This document shows, one piece after another, positions 46,609 through 56,652 of a DNA stretch of 64,000 bases. Positions within the stretch are counted from its first letter, which is position 1. Each line of letters opens with the position of its first letter. Both the position numbers and the translations under genes were made by a program. This stretch comes from a virus, in IMG/VR virus record IMGVR_UViG_3300047312_000028, positions 112,326 through 176,325 of that record; one strand, written 5' to 3'. The notes under the pieces are model-generated. The model saw nothing but the letters and a program-made list of their open reading frames with translations. It did not search any database and had not been told where the DNA came from.

Positions 46609-47121
46609 ATGAGAGATCCAAATATGATTATTTACTGCGATAGTGACGGTGTTATCTGTGACTTCTACGGTGGTGCCGAGAAGCTCCTGGGGCATCCTTG
46701 GGGTGAACGGCACGGGGTAAGACAAAAAGCACTCGAACAAGGTTTACTACTCAACAAGCACGAAACTTTCTGGTCGACACTCCCAGAGATACCAGATTGG
46801 AAAGTTTTGTGGAGCTTTATTGAAAAGTACGATCCTCATATTCTGACAGCAGTTCCGGCTTGGGATCATGATTTTGCTGTAGTTGAAGAAGGTAAGTGGG
46901 AGTGGTATCAGAAACACATTCCTTTGCTTCCGAGAGACCGCTTTCATGTTGTGTATCGTGACGAAAAGGCACAATTCGCACGAAATGGTGACGTGCCTAA
47001 CATTCTGATTGATGACCATCCAGGTAACATAAAAGACTTTGAAGCGGCCGGCGGTATTGGAATCTATCATGTCAGTGCGAAAGTTACGATTTTGAAACTT
47101 AAGGAACTCGGGTATCACTAA
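46609..47121 (+). CDS. HAD-family 5'(3')-deoxyribonucleotidase
   Basis: DSDGVICDF, ILT, K, LIDD...NI..F..AGG.GI. Confidence 0.85.
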   Translation: MRDPNMIIYCDSDGVICDFYGGAEKLLGHPWGERHGVRQKALEQGLLLNKHETFWSTLPEIPDWKVLWSFIEKYDPHILTAVPAWDHDFAVVEEGKWEWYQKHIPLLPRDRFHVVYRDEKAQFARNGDVPNILIDDHPGNIKDFEAAGGIGIYHVSAKVTILKLKELGYH

Positions 47122-47138
47122 CAAAAGGGAGAAGTAAC

Positions 47139-47711
47139 ATGAGTCTATGGACAATGACCGATTTAGCTAACGGGGCACCAAAATTCGCTGTGGCAGGAGG
47201 CCTCGGTGTTGCGGCGAATGGCAGTGTCCTATTCGACAACGTGCAAGTTGGCGCTTTTGTCACAAATTCCGCAATTGGAATCTTTGGCGTCGATGCGAAT
47301 GAAACATCCAATCTGTTAGGGACCGCGGTTGAGTCCAACAGAGGGTATCACGCAGGATGGGTCAATCGTAAGGTTGGTACGGGCCCGGTTACAGGAATCA
47401 CTCTTGTAACAGGTGGTCTTGGATACTCAAACGGCTTCATCGATTTCACAGGTGCAGGTGGCCAGGGGGCTGGTGCCAATGCAGCATTCACAGTGAACGC
47501 AAATGGAGCAGTGGTATCTGTTACGTTAGCGAGTGGTGGTGGAGATTATATTTCTGCACCAACTGCAACAGCGAACGGGGCCAATAACTCTGCCGCTGTA
47601 TTCACTACAACGGTAGGTGGTCGTGCAAATCGTATTCAATATGAAACTATCGTAGCCGCTGGATCAATATCAACAGACGGCGGAGCAGACGATACTGAAT
47701 TCGGCGTATAA
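47139..47711 (+). CDS. virion structural/decoration protein
   Basis: MSLW start, HAGWV, Gly/Ala/Thr-rich GG.GY repeats, R..YET.VA; late operon. Confidence 0.65.
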   Translation: MSLWTMTDLANGAPKFAVAGGLGVAANGSVLFDNVQVGAFVTNSAIGIFGVDANETSNLLGTAVESNRGYHAGWVNRKVGTGPVTGITLVTGGLGYSNGFIDFTGAGGQGAGANAAFTVNANGAVVSVTLASGGGDYISAPTATANGANNSAAVFTTTVGGRANRIQYETIVAAGSISTDGGADDTEFGV

Positions 47712-47713
47712 TC

Positions 47714-48148
47714 ATGAAAGCATTCGATTTGTTTTTGAAAGAACATGCGATGGGGGAGGAGCCTCTTCTCCCCTCTACGCAAGGCGAACTGGGTGCTCTA
47801 GATTTACATGATGAACAAGTCAGAGATGGCTTGAACATGGAGCTTCTAGATATCACAGATAGTCCTGAACGTATGCTTCCTGTGATTACTTTCGATAGAG
47901 TGCGCGAGGTACTTGGAGCCGCTGGCTACTGGATCCCTTCCGCCACTATGAACTCTGCACTCTTTGATGAAGAGATAGGGGATGAAGTATTCGTATTGTC
48001 TCCACCTACGAAGGATGCCGATCAACCAGTGAAAGCAGATTGTTATTTGTATTTTGCATTTGCAGAGACCGAAACAGGTGATTGGGATGTATTGGCTGAA
48101 GTAGTCAACTCCTTGGAGCTAGAAGATATTCTTTCAGATCAACAGTAA
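47714..48148 (+). CDS. acidic protein with capsid-targeting-like N-terminus
   Basis: MKAFDLFLKE; late operon. Confidence 0.55.
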   Translation: MKAFDLFLKEHAMGEEPLLPSTQGELGALDLHDEQVRDGLNMELLDITDSPERMLPVITFDRVREVLGAAGYWIPSATMNSALFDEEIGDEVFVLSPPTKDADQPVKADCYLYFAFAETETGDWDVLAEVVNSLELEDILSDQQ

Positions 48149-48162
48149 GGGTGCACTAGATT

Positions 48163-48561
48163 ATGGATGATATGATTGATCTGACACCTGATACTGTTAT
48201 GATCTACGCGGTGAAGTCATATGATAAACCCACGTATATCAAAAGTGAGCTTCAAGAAGACCTCAAGCATTTAAGTTATGTGAGGAGATTGTTTAGACGA
48301 TATCACCAGTACGGTGAATTGCGAGAGCGGCTGATTCTGAACCATATTGTGATTCTCTACAATATCTTCGGTGTCCCCGCTGCCACCAAACTTCTCTTCT
48401 ATCACACACGACCTGAAGACTTTGCAATTCTTAAGACGTTTCTTGTGTTCTTGAACTATATGCCTGATAGAGTCTATGGAATCAATAGCAAGACGATCTA
48501 TTCATCGGATTTACAAGTTGACCCTATCATCGTAGACGCGCTGAGAAAGATTAAAGGGTAA
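48163..48561 (+). CDS. conserved T4-like hypothetical protein
   Basis: YA.K.YD.P, EDLK...Y..RL..RY, ERLILNH...LYN.FG, LKTFL.FL. Confidence 0.75.
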   Translation: MDDMIDLTPDTVMIYAVKSYDKPTYIKSELQEDLKHLSYVRRLFRRYHQYGELRERLILNHIVILYNIFGVPAATKLLFYHTRPEDFAILKTFLVFLNYMPDRVYGINSKTIYSSDLQVDPIIVDALRKIKG

Positions 48562-48563
48562 TT

Positions 48564-49181
48564 ATGCAGTTTCTTGTCGAACAGATCGAACGCTTTGATT
48601 CAGCGGGTCAAGAAGATCAAATAAACGACTTCTATCATTTTTGCTGTGTTGGTCTTGAAATCTTCGATAACCCCACCATCTTCTTCATTACAGAAACAGG
48701 CGGAACATCATTCGGTTCTTACAGCCCATCACAACAATTGGTGATGGTAGCTACTAACGGTCGTCATATCTCTGACATTCTACGCACATTCGCCCATGAA
48801 CTCGTCCATCACAAACAGATGGAAGTCAATCCGAATGCACCTATTGAAGAACTTGAGTATGAAGCGAATGCGATTGCTGGTATGATAATGCGCGACTATA
48901 ATAAGCTACATCCAGAGATGTTCAATTTAACAACTGAGATAGAAGATGCCGCTCCTTCAGATTCATTAGGTGACTCACAAGGTGCGGTAGCAGATGATAC
49001 GACCAGGCCTTCACAGCCCGTCGAAATGTCTGAAGATGCAGGCGCTGTCACAGCAGGGAGTGGTGATATCGCTGGTATTGGTGTTGGACCACAAGGGGAG
49101 CCTGGATTCACGAAGAAGAATCGTCCTAACATGTTTAAGCGCAAGACACTCAAACAATTGAAAGAAGAATTGAAGGGGTAA
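48564..49181 (+). CDS. zincin-like HExxH protein with head-protein-like tail
   Basis: DILRTFAHELVHHKQ, E.EANA.AG; MSED..AGSGDIAG. Confidence 0.7.
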   Translation: MQFLVEQIERFDSAGQEDQINDFYHFCCVGLEIFDNPTIFFITETGGTSFGSYSPSQQLVMVATNGRHISDILRTFAHELVHHKQMEVNPNAPIEELEYEANAIAGMIMRDYNKLHPEMFNLTTEIEDAAPSDSLGDSQGAVADDTTRPSQPVEMSEDAGAVTAGSGDIAGIGVGPQGEPGFTKKNRPNMFKRKTLKQLKEELKG

Positions 49182-49183
49182 TC

Positions 49184-49729
49184 ATGGCAGACTTTTTGAA
49201 ATCAGCAGGCGGCATTCTTGCAACACTCGCACCAACCGTAGCTAGCGTCTTAGGTGGACCACTCGCAGGCATGGCGACTACGGCTATTATCAGTGCGTTC
49301 GGTTTAGCACCTGATGCCAGTCAAGATGATATCATGAAAGCTGTATCAGCCGCTACACCTGACCAGATGATAAAGCTAAAAGAGATTGAATCGAAACTCA
49401 TTATTGATTTGAAAGCTCTCGACGTTGACCTCGAAAGAATCAATGCTGGCGATAGAGACTCAGCACGTAAGAGAGAAATTGCTACGAACGATTGGACACC
49501 ACGAATCCTTGCAAGTCTTATCATTGGTCTCTATATCGGCGTACAATATTTTATTTTCGGTGGTCATGTACTCGATCCAGGAATGCGTGACATTGCGATG
49601 CGATCACTTGGTACATTAGATGCCGCAGTGGGATTAGTCCTAGCATATTACTTTGGATCATCTAATTCTTCAAAGCAAAAGACAGATCATCTTGCATCGT
49701 TGGCCATAGCAAATAAGGATTCAAAGTAA
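49184..49729 (+). CDS. holin-like membrane protein (3TM family)
   Basis: APT.A..LGGP, D..SAR.RE, two TM helices, YYFGSS. Confidence 0.7.
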   Translation: MADFLKSAGGILATLAPTVASVLGGPLAGMATTAIISAFGLAPDASQDDIMKAVSAATPDQMIKLKEIESKLIIDLKALDVDLERINAGDRDSARKREIATNDWTPRILASLIIGLYIGVQYFIFGGHVLDPGMRDIAMRSLGTLDAAVGLVLAYYFGSSNSSKQKTDHLASLAIANKDSK

Positions 49730-49730
49730 G

Positions 49731-50144
49731 ATGGCTGAACCAGAAATCAGTTCTGAATGCCAGGAAGATTTTACCGACCTACGACTTGCCGTTGGCATCA
49801 TTCAGCATGACTTGGTCTCCCAGAGTAAGATCACCGATAAGCTTGCTGAGGCAGTAGAGAAGATTGAAGAGATGAATGCCAATCTAGTAAAGATGATTGC
49901 CCTTCATGAACTGAAGCATGAGAATGCTACTGATGATCTAAAAGAACTCGAACACCGATTTGATAACTTTCGTCAAGGTAGTGTGACGACCACAACCACC
50001 ACATCTACTGTTGAGGATGAAGCGCGACAGACACTCGAACAATTGAATAAGTGGAAATATATGATTATTGGTGGCGCTCTAGTTGTTGGTGCGTTACTCT
50101 CACATGTAAAATGGTCAGTGTTACTTTCCATCTTCGGCGGATAA
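49731..50144 (+). CDS. coiled-coil protein with C-terminal TM helix
   Basis: heptad region then KWKYMIIGGALVVG. Confidence 0.6.
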   Translation: MAEPEISSECQEDFTDLRLAVGIIQHDLVSQSKITDKLAEAVEKIEEMNANLVKMIALHELKHENATDDLKELEHRFDNFRQGSVTTTTTTSTVEDEARQTLEQLNKWKYMIIGGALVVGALLSHVKWSVLLSIFGG

Positions 50145-50148
50145 TCTC

Positions 50149-50177
50149 TTGCAATTCCGCTATGTTTGATATATAAT
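50149..50177 (+). promoter_or_regulatory. sigma70-type promoter
   Basis: TTGCAA-N17-TATAAT. Confidence 0.75.
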
Positions 50178-50185
50178 GATTCGCT

Positions 50186-51232
50186 ATGGCACTCCACATT
50201 GATTTGAAATACGCCAATCTACTTTCTTCACACTTTGACAGATTCGTCCGTAAGGATGATTATCTGTTTAATGTGCGTTGTCCTATCTGTGGCGACTCTC
50301 AAGCGAAGAAAACCAAGATGCGCGGGTACATCTACCAGTCGAAACAACGACTGGCCTATAAGTGTCATAACTGTAATGCGAGCCTGTGGTTAGGCGCATT
50401 GATTAAGCACATGAACCCAGGCTTATATAAAGAGTATGTGCTTGAGACGTTCAAAGACTCTCCCCGACCATCGAAAGCTACCACACCACAGAACTCTTGC
50501 ACGACAAAGATCCGATTTGGTACCGTTGACCAACCTATCTATCAACATGCTGAAAAGATTAAGGATTTACCACAACAACATTACGCGAAGAAATACGTCA
50601 AAGATCGACTCATACCAGAGAAGTTCTGGCACAAGCTCTACTTCACTGAACGCTATAAAGATTTCTGTGATGAAGTCGCACCTGGTCATGATAAAGAACT
50701 TCGCAACGATGCCCGCTTAGTGATTCCTTTCTATGACGCGCATGGAGATGTGATAGCAGTAAGTGGTAGAGCGTTCGACGATGATGGCATTCGGTACATT
50801 ACGATTCGCACGACGAAAGATACCAATAAGATCGTCTATGGCCTGGATAGGGTGGATCAATCGAAACCAGTCTTCATTGTAGAAGGCCCGCTTGATTCGT
50901 TGTTCTTGAGCAATGCGGTAGCTTCAGGTGACTCAAATTTGATCTTGACTGCCAAACAGCTATCAGCCGCTCAGGTGGTTCTTGTGTTTGACAATGAGCC
51001 ACGGAACAAAGAAAACATACGACTCATTGAAAAAGCAGTAGAGGAAGGATACTCAGTAGTGATTTGGCCAGAATGGCTACATGAGAAGGATATTAACGCT
51101 ATGGTATTGGCGAAATACGATCCTTCTGCAATCGAAACTATTATACATACATCTATACACAGTGGGCTAACTGCACTAACCCACCTCTCTTTCTGGAAGA
51201 AAACCCCAACACGTAAAGGAGTTTTGGTATGA
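50186..51232 (+). CDS. gp61: DNA primase gp61
   Basis: RCPICGDS..K.RG, CHNC, VEGPLDS, DNEPRN, KDIN. Confidence 0.96.
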   Translation: MALHIDLKYANLLSSHFDRFVRKDDYLFNVRCPICGDSQAKKTKMRGYIYQSKQRLAYKCHNCNASLWLGALIKHMNPGLYKEYVLETFKDSPRPSKATTPQNSCTTKIRFGTVDQPIYQHAEKIKDLPQQHYAKKYVKDRLIPEKFWHKLYFTERYKDFCDEVAPGHDKELRNDARLVIPFYDAHGDVIAVSGRAFDDDGIRYITIRTTKDTNKIVYGLDRVDQSKPVFIVEGPLDSLFLSNAVASGDSNLILTAKQLSAAQVVLVFDNEPRNKENIRLIEKAVEEGYSVVIWPEWLHEKDINAMVLAKYDPSAIETIIHTSIHSGLTALTHLSFWKKTPTRKGVLV

Positions 51233-51909
51233 GTGAAGTGAAGGTATTAGACCATGGTCATGTGAGATTGGTAGATCATATGGGATCTGACTTGTCTATC
51301 GTGCGATCAGCACGAGTGAGTTACAATGCCGTCTGGCGCACGGGCGAAGATGAAGGCAAAGATGCTAAACTGATTCAGTACCTAGTGAAGAATAAACACA
51401 CGACCCCTCTTGAATCTGTGACGTTTACCTTTGATGTGAAGTCTCCCATCTTCGTGTTTCGTCAATGGCATAGGCATCGTACATGGGCCTACAATGAAGT
51501 AAGCGCCCGCTATACAGAGTTGCCAGAAGAGTATTACATTCCCGCAGTCGATGTGATTACGCACCAGTCTACATCGAATAAACAAATGAGAACTGATGAA
51601 GTGCATCCTGAAGCAGAGAAGATGCGCCAAATGATGATAGAGTCAAACAAGCGGTCCTTTGGTGTGTATAAAGAACTACTTGCTATGGGGTGTGCGCGAG
51701 AACTGGCACGAACAGTGCTTCCTCTTGCTACCTACTCACAAATGTTCGGTACAGTGAACTTACACAACCTCTTTCATTACCTTGGACTCAGAACGCATTC
51801 ACATGCGCAGCATGAGATCCGAGTATATGCCGTTGCAATGCTAGAACTTATTCGCCCAATCTGCCCCATTACAGTGGCCGCCTGGGAAGAACTCAATCTA
51901 AAAAAGTAA
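51229..51909 (+). CDS. thyX: flavin-dependent thymidylate synthase
   Basis: RQW.RHR...NEVSARY, RELARTVLP, HAQ.EIR. Confidence 0.95.
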   Translation: MSEVKVLDHGHVRLVDHMGSDLSIVRSARVSYNAVWRTGEDEGKDAKLIQYLVKNKHTTPLESVTFTFDVKSPIFVFRQWHRHRTWAYNEVSARYTELPEEYYIPAVDVITHQSTSNKQMRTDEVHPEAEKMRQMMIESNKRSFGVYKELLAMGCARELARTVLPLATYSQMFGTVNLHNLFHYLGLRTHSHAQHEIRVYAVAMLELIRPICPITVAAWEELNLKK

Positions 51910-51964
51910 ACAGTCGAGAACATTGGCGTAGTATTTGCCTGTTCTCTAGGAAAGGTATTTTCAA

Positions 51965-53746
51965 ATGGACGCACCCGAGTATTCTCCAGAAGGCTTCTCC
52001 CTTAAGATTTTTCGAGATCGTTACGCATTCACAGCAGAAGAGACATGGCAAGAAGCGTGTACTCGTGTCGCACACCAGATGGCCATAGCTGAAGCGCCAG
52101 ACAAACAAAAAATCTACGTAGATCGTTTCTACAAGATTCTCGCCTCTAATGTTTTTGTGCCTGGTGGTCGTATTTGGTACAATTCAGGACGCACGAACCC
52201 ACAGTTACTCAACTGCTTTGTGCTCGATCCCAATAAGGATAGCAAAGAAGGTTGGGGTAAGTCAGCTTACGATATGATTGTCACGAGCATGACCGGCGGT
52301 GGATGTGGCGATGACTTCAGTGATGTACGGCCGCGTGGCGCGTCAATAGCGGGGCAAAGGGGCGCCGCACCTGGCGCTGTTGAACTCATGCGATTGATCG
52401 ATGCCTGTGCGCAGCCAGTACGCAACGGTGGGCAACGACGTGTCGCGTTGATGTTCTCGTTGGATCTATCACACCCAGACATTGAAGAGTTTCTAAGTGC
52501 AAAGCTTACCAAAGGTGAACTCACTCATGCGAATGTGTCTGTGCGATCACGACACACAAAAGCTTTCATTAAGGCGGTGAAGGATGATGGTGAGATTGAG
52601 TTACATTGGAAGGGTAAGTATAAGCGTCATATTAAGGCGCGCACCTTATGGGATACGATTGTTAAGAACGCATACAACTCAGCAGAACCAGGCTTCTTGA
52701 ATTGGGAACTCGTAGAGCATGAGAGTAACATCTATTACATTGAAGACTTAGTGACCACGAACCCGTGCGGCGAGTTAGCATTAGCCACGATGGAACCCTG
52801 TTGCCTGGGGCATATCGTACTCAGTCGCTTTGTAAATGATGGTGATATTGACTACCCATGCCTAGGCAATACGATTCGATTGGCGGTACGCTTCCTTGAT
52901 AATGCGCTTAGTGTGAATCACTTCCCATTAGAAGAGATGAAGATTAAGTCCAGCAATCTTAGACGCATTGGTCTTGGTACGACTGCATTAGCTGATACGC
53001 TGGCGCTATTGGGTCACCGTTATGGTTCTGAAGAGGGGAACAAGTTCGTCGATAAGCTCTATCGATTCATTAGCAAAGCTGCATATGAGGCAAGTGTGAT
53101 GCTTGCGATTGAGAAGGGTGCCTTTCCTATGTGCAACCCTATCAAGCATGTTGAATCAGGCTTCATGAGACGCATGACCGCCAAGACACAGGCATTGGTA
53201 CTTGAGAACGGCATACGCAATTGTGCAATTCTCACACAGGCACCAACAGGCACAGTCAGCATACTCTCAGAGAATTGTTCGAGTGGTATTGAACCGATGT
53301 TTGCCCCTGCCTATGAACGTCGCTATTGGGAGAATGAGGTACGCAAGATGGAGTTAGTGTTTCACCCCTTGTTTGAAAAATTCATGCAAGAAGGTAAGTC
53401 GGTTGAGCATTTTGTGGGATCACATGACCTCAGTGTGCGCGATCACCTTGAAGTGCAAAAGGTGATTCAGAAGCATGTAGACAATGCCGTGAGCAAGACG
53501 ATTAACATACCACATGACTTCCCTATCGAAGAGATGGAGAAGGCCTGGCTTGAGTATCTACCATACTTGAAAGGCACGACGTTCTATCGTGAGACAACCC
53601 GAGGCTATGTGAATAAGTTAGGGGAAGTAGAAGAGCCACCGTTGACTGCTATTCCATTGAAGGATGCCAAGAAGCGATTCAAAGAGAAGCATAAGGTTGA
53701 AGCAGCGCAGGTCAGCGATTGCCCATCTGGGATCTGTACTATATAG
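51965..53746 (+). CDS. nrdJ: class II (adenosylcobalamin-dependent) ribonucleotide reductase
   Basis: NCF, TNPCGE, PTGT, SSGIEP, SKTIN, C-terminal CPSGIC; no nrdB nearby. Confidence 0.85.
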   Translation: MDAPEYSPEGFSLKIFRDRYAFTAEETWQEACTRVAHQMAIAEAPDKQKIYVDRFYKILASNVFVPGGRIWYNSGRTNPQLLNCFVLDPNKDSKEGWGKSAYDMIVTSMTGGGCGDDFSDVRPRGASIAGQRGAAPGAVELMRLIDACAQPVRNGGQRRVALMFSLDLSHPDIEEFLSAKLTKGELTHANVSVRSRHTKAFIKAVKDDGEIELHWKGKYKRHIKARTLWDTIVKNAYNSAEPGFLNWELVEHESNIYYIEDLVTTNPCGELALATMEPCCLGHIVLSRFVNDGDIDYPCLGNTIRLAVRFLDNALSVNHFPLEEMKIKSSNLRRIGLGTTALADTLALLGHRYGSEEGNKFVDKLYRFISKAAYEASVMLAIEKGAFPMCNPIKHVESGFMRRMTAKTQALVLENGIRNCAILTQAPTGTVSILSENCSSGIEPMFAPAYERRYWENEVRKMELVFHPLFEKFMQEGKSVEHFVGSHDLSVRDHLEVQKVIQKHVDNAVSKTINIPHDFPIEEMEKAWLEYLPYLKGTTFYRETTRGYVNKLGEVEEPPLTAIPLKDAKKRFKEKHKVEAAQVSDCPSGICTI

Positions 53747-53755
53747 GAGACGATC

Positions 53756-54115
53756 ATGAACTACGGTCTTGTGTTCGCTGTGTTGTTATTATCTGGGTGC
53801 TCAGTATTATTCATCCCTCAATGGGATGCTACAGAGTATAATGATTTTGTTGACATTGCTAGTGAATCAGCACAAGGTACCTGTTCAGTTGAACAACGTG
53901 ACCGACTGGCGAAACTCTCTACCCATGCTCGATATTATTCAGAGTTTCTACCCCATAACGAGTTGATTGCAGAAGGCGCACTCAAAATGGATGAGACGGT
54001 GCAAGAACTTAATCAGAATGACACACCTTCCGCCGTGTATTGTAAGATAAAGCTACGCGCTATTAACATGATGGCAAGAACGTTAGCTAAGTCCGTAGGA
54101 GGGAAGCCGAAATGA
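53756..54115 (+). CDS. lipoprotein
   Basis: lipobox LLSGC. Confidence 0.7.
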   Translation: MNYGLVFAVLLLSGCSVLFIPQWDATEYNDFVDIASESAQGTCSVEQRDRLAKLSTHARYYSEFLPHNELIAEGALKMDETVQELNQNDTPSAVYCKIKLRAINMMARTLAKSVGGKPK

Positions 54116-54381
54116 TTCTCGAACAAATACTTGAACTCAATCTAGAACAACTTTTACAATATGGTGACCCACAGGTCACAGAGTTTGCACAGTTACTTAA
54201 AGATATCAAGTCCGCATTAGACGAAAAGAAGCTCACACAACAAGAGTATGTCAGCCTTATGGTCGATGCTGAACGACTCAAAGATATCATTGCACTCATG
54301 GAACGCCAGGCCCTTAACGTCAAGATCAACGATGCAATCAAGATCATTGTCGAGATTGCCAAAGCCGCTAACATACTCTAA
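54112..54381 (+). CDS. hypothetical helical protein
   Basis: ATGA overlap with the lipoprotein gene. Confidence 0.55.
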   Translation: MILEQILELNLEQLLQYGDPQVTEFAQLLKDIKSALDEKKLTQQEYVSLMVDAERLKDIIALMERQALNVKINDAIKIIVEIAKAANIL

Positions 54382-54389
54382 AGGTGTCT

Positions 54390-54791
54390 ATGTTCACCAG
54401 ACTCTTACTATTATTCACATTCTTATTGATGACATTCACAGCCACGACTACTGAAGCCCACCTTTCAAAGAAGGTACTTCAATGCCCGCAGTTCAAAGTA
54501 ATTGCGCCCAAGGGAGATCCGAAGCTGTTGAAGAGTGAAGCAATCGAGATGGGATTGTTTGTAGAGTTGTATGATGTGAATAGAGACGGCAACCCTGACG
54601 TGGCCACATACTCAGCACAGATTGATCCGCGATTACATGTGAAGCAACCCATCTTCTATGAAATTGATTTAGATGGAGATATGGTGCCTGATGTGCTCTA
54701 CATAGATGTAATTGGTGAACTCAAGTGCTCAGACCTATTACAATACTCACACGAAGCAAGAGGCGGGCTCGCTTCGTGGTATGCTAATTAA
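54390..54791 (+). CDS. secreted protein with DxDxDG Ca-binding-like loops
   Basis: signal peptide; DVNRDGNPD, DLDGDMVPD. Confidence 0.65.
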   Translation: MFTRLLLLFTFLLMTFTATTTEAHLSKKVLQCPQFKVIAPKGDPKLLKSEAIEMGLFVELYDVNRDGNPDVATYSAQIDPRLHVKQPIFYEIDLDGDMVPDVLYIDVIGELKCSDLLQYSHEARGGLASWYAN

Positions 54792-55233
54792 CTAAATGTG
54801 CCTTGAGTTGCCAACCGATCTTAGCATGTTTGTCGATACGCTCTTCAATGAAGTTGACCAGACCATCATGCTCTTCTTCTTTGGCCGCACTGTGCGCGTC
54901 ATAGAGAGAAGCCAAGACAGCGTGATTGTACTCTAGTAGTTCTTGAATCATTTCATTTGGTGTGCCAGGTGTGGCTGTTGTATTGCTTGTGAGAGGGGTT
55001 GTGGCGTGTTGTACGAGATCGTTGAGGGTAGCAGGTGCAAGTGGGCCCAATGCTCGAATCTCTTCAGCAATAGGATCAACGGCTTGCCATAGCTCATTGT
55101 AGAGATTATCAAAGTACTGGTGCATGGAGTGAAACAAAATGCCTGTGACGTTCCAATGAAACGCATGGGCGCGAATGTACATCATGAATGTATTCGCCAA
55201 GACTACTTCCAATGCAATCGCTGAATTTTCCAT
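54784..55233 (-). CDS. dps: Dps-family mini-ferritin
   Basis: H..HWNVTG..F..MH..F...Y....D.IAEEIRALG; K..WQL. Confidence 0.93.
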   Translation of the reverse strand: MENSAIALEVVLANTFMMYIRAHAFHWNVTGILFHSMHQYFDNLYNELWQAVDPIAEEIRALGPLAPATLNDLVQHATTPLTSNTTATPGTPNEMIQELLEYNHAVLASLYDAHSAAKEEEHDGLVNFIEERIDKHAKIGWQLKAHLVN

Positions 55234-55255
55234 AGTTCACCTCCGTTGATAGGAG

Positions 55256-55263
55256 TATTTATA
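55256..55263 (-). promoter_or_regulatory. T4-type late promoter driving dps
   Basis: TATTTATA on + (TATAAATA on -), followed by GGAGGTGA SD. Confidence 0.7.
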
Positions 55264-55454
55264 TGAGATGTTCTCGCACATGTGAAGACTGTAACCGTAA
55301 ATACACGATTGAGTATGATGAAAGCGACGGAACCCCGGAATTCTGTCCTTTGTGCGGCAGTGAGAGCGATAGCACCACCTGGGGAGAAGAAGACATACTA
55401 GAGGTTGACGTTGATATTCAGGATCACTTAGATGGAGAGATTGAAGATTTCTGA
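55263..55454 (+). CDS. small acidic zinc-ribbon protein
   Basis: CEDC...CPLCG; AGGAG SD. Confidence 0.65.
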   Translation: MRCSRTCEDCNRKYTIEYDESDGTPEFCPLCGSESDSTTWGEEDILEVDVDIQDHLDGEIEDF

Positions 55455-55849
55455 AGCGTTGACTTATGAAGCTTCAATGATACCCATTTGTTATAATACT
55501 TATCAGAGAGCAATGCGCCCCGTGTCAGTATCTCATATGCTTCCCAATAGTTCGTTTCGCCGCGTCCCTTACAAAGTCGTAGAATCTCACGGCTGAACTT
55601 CTCTTTCCCTAGAGTCTTGATATCGTCGAGTAGTTCTTGAGATGAACCATAGTAGTTCTCCCAGTCGCTTGCGACTCTGAGTTTCTTCTTACGAGTTGTT
55701 TTTGTCTTAGCTTTTATCTTCGCTTTTGTGAAGAGCTTACGCCCGATATATTGTCTACCGGTGTCTAAGTTCGTGATAATATAGACAAATCCGAAGTAAT
55801 TGGTGGGATCTTCAGTGAATGGATATCCGTCGCCATAAGTCCATGACAT
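55424..55849 (-). CDS. GIY-YIG endonuclease (EndoII/DenA-like)
   Basis: GFVYIITN...YIGRK, SDW..YYGSS, F.REIL, YYN. Confidence 0.85.
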   Translation of the reverse strand: MSWTYGDGYPFTEDPTNYFGFVYIITNLDTGRQYIGRKLFTKAKIKAKTKTTRKKKLRVASDWENYYGSSQELLDDIKTLGKEKFSREILRLCKGRGETNYWEAYEILTRGALLSDKYYNKWVSLKLHKSTLQKSSISPSK

Positions 55850-55876
55850 AATGAGTCTCCTTTGTGTATATTTAGC

Positions 55877-55906
55877 TTGACAAGCAAGGGGATCGTATGT
55901 TATCGT
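55877..55906 (+). promoter_or_regulatory. sigma70-type promoter
   Basis: TTGACA-N18-TATCGT. Confidence 0.55.
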
Positions 55907-55930
55907 GTTACATAAAGGAGGAGAACTATC

Positions 55931-56197
55931 ATGCTTGAAACACTATTGTTGGTGATGTTGTGGGCTGTCGGTATCATTGCAGCGGTTGCACTCTCGCCAT
56001 TTTTACTGATACTTGCTGTGATATTATTGATGGTGGCGTTTATGGGTATCATGGCAGTACTATTCATTGCGTTCTTTGTTGTGGCGATTGTTGTGAAAAT
56101 CATCATGCTTCCATTTGAAAAGCTTGCTGATTACGTTCGAGAACGAAGACGTTCAAAGATTGAAACAATCAAGCGAATGAATAGAATCAACCGATGA
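55931..56197 (+). CDS. membrane protein
   Basis: long hydrophobic N-terminus, basic tail; AGGAGG SD. Confidence 0.65.
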   Translation: MLETLLLVMLWAVGIIAAVALSPFLLILAVILLMVAFMGIMAVLFIAFFVVAIVVKIIMLPFEKLADYVRERRRSKIETIKRMNRINR

Positions 56198-56652
56198 ATT
56201 TCAAAGCAGCACAACAGAACTCAGTATCAGCAGAACAAAAACCTGAGAAATGGGATGGGTTCGGGTTCTTCAAAGACTATGAGACAGGGGAAATAAAATT
56301 CTATTTCTTTGATGACGTGTCAGAAATGTTTGGCGAACAAGAACGCGAGCCTGGCATCCCTGATGACCGCGACCCCTATCATGTCTTGCTTACTTCGACC
56401 CACAAAGGTGTCATATGGGTCGATCATCCATTTGTGTCGAACTTCATTGATCCTATCATCTATGCAGCACGAATTGCCGGTATGGGCTTCTCAGGTACGA
56501 TGTTACGCAAGACGAAGGTCTCTGACACATTGATGCACGAGGTACTCAAATATACCTTGATGCTACATAGTAAGGGTCGTAACTTTGTCTATGTTGATGA
56601 ATCGGGCGCACAACTTACACTGAAAGGGAAGCTTGGCGATGCTACCGTATGA
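56194..56652 (+). CDS. hypothetical protein
   Basis: ORF with overlapping start/stop. Confidence 0.55.
   Translation: MNFKAAQQNSVSAEQKPEKWDGFGFFKDYETGEIKFYFFDDVSEMFGEQEREPGIPDDRDPYHVLLTSTHKGVIWVDHPFVSNFIDPIIYAARIAGMGFSGTMLRKTKVSDTLMHEVLKYTLMLHSKGRNFVYVDESGAQLTLKGKLGDATV

Noticed and set aside
1-54000. Most minus-strand ORFs in the track
   Set aside because: Antisense to well-supported + strand genes, with no motifs or SD; only dps and the GIY-YIG gene are credible on the minus strand
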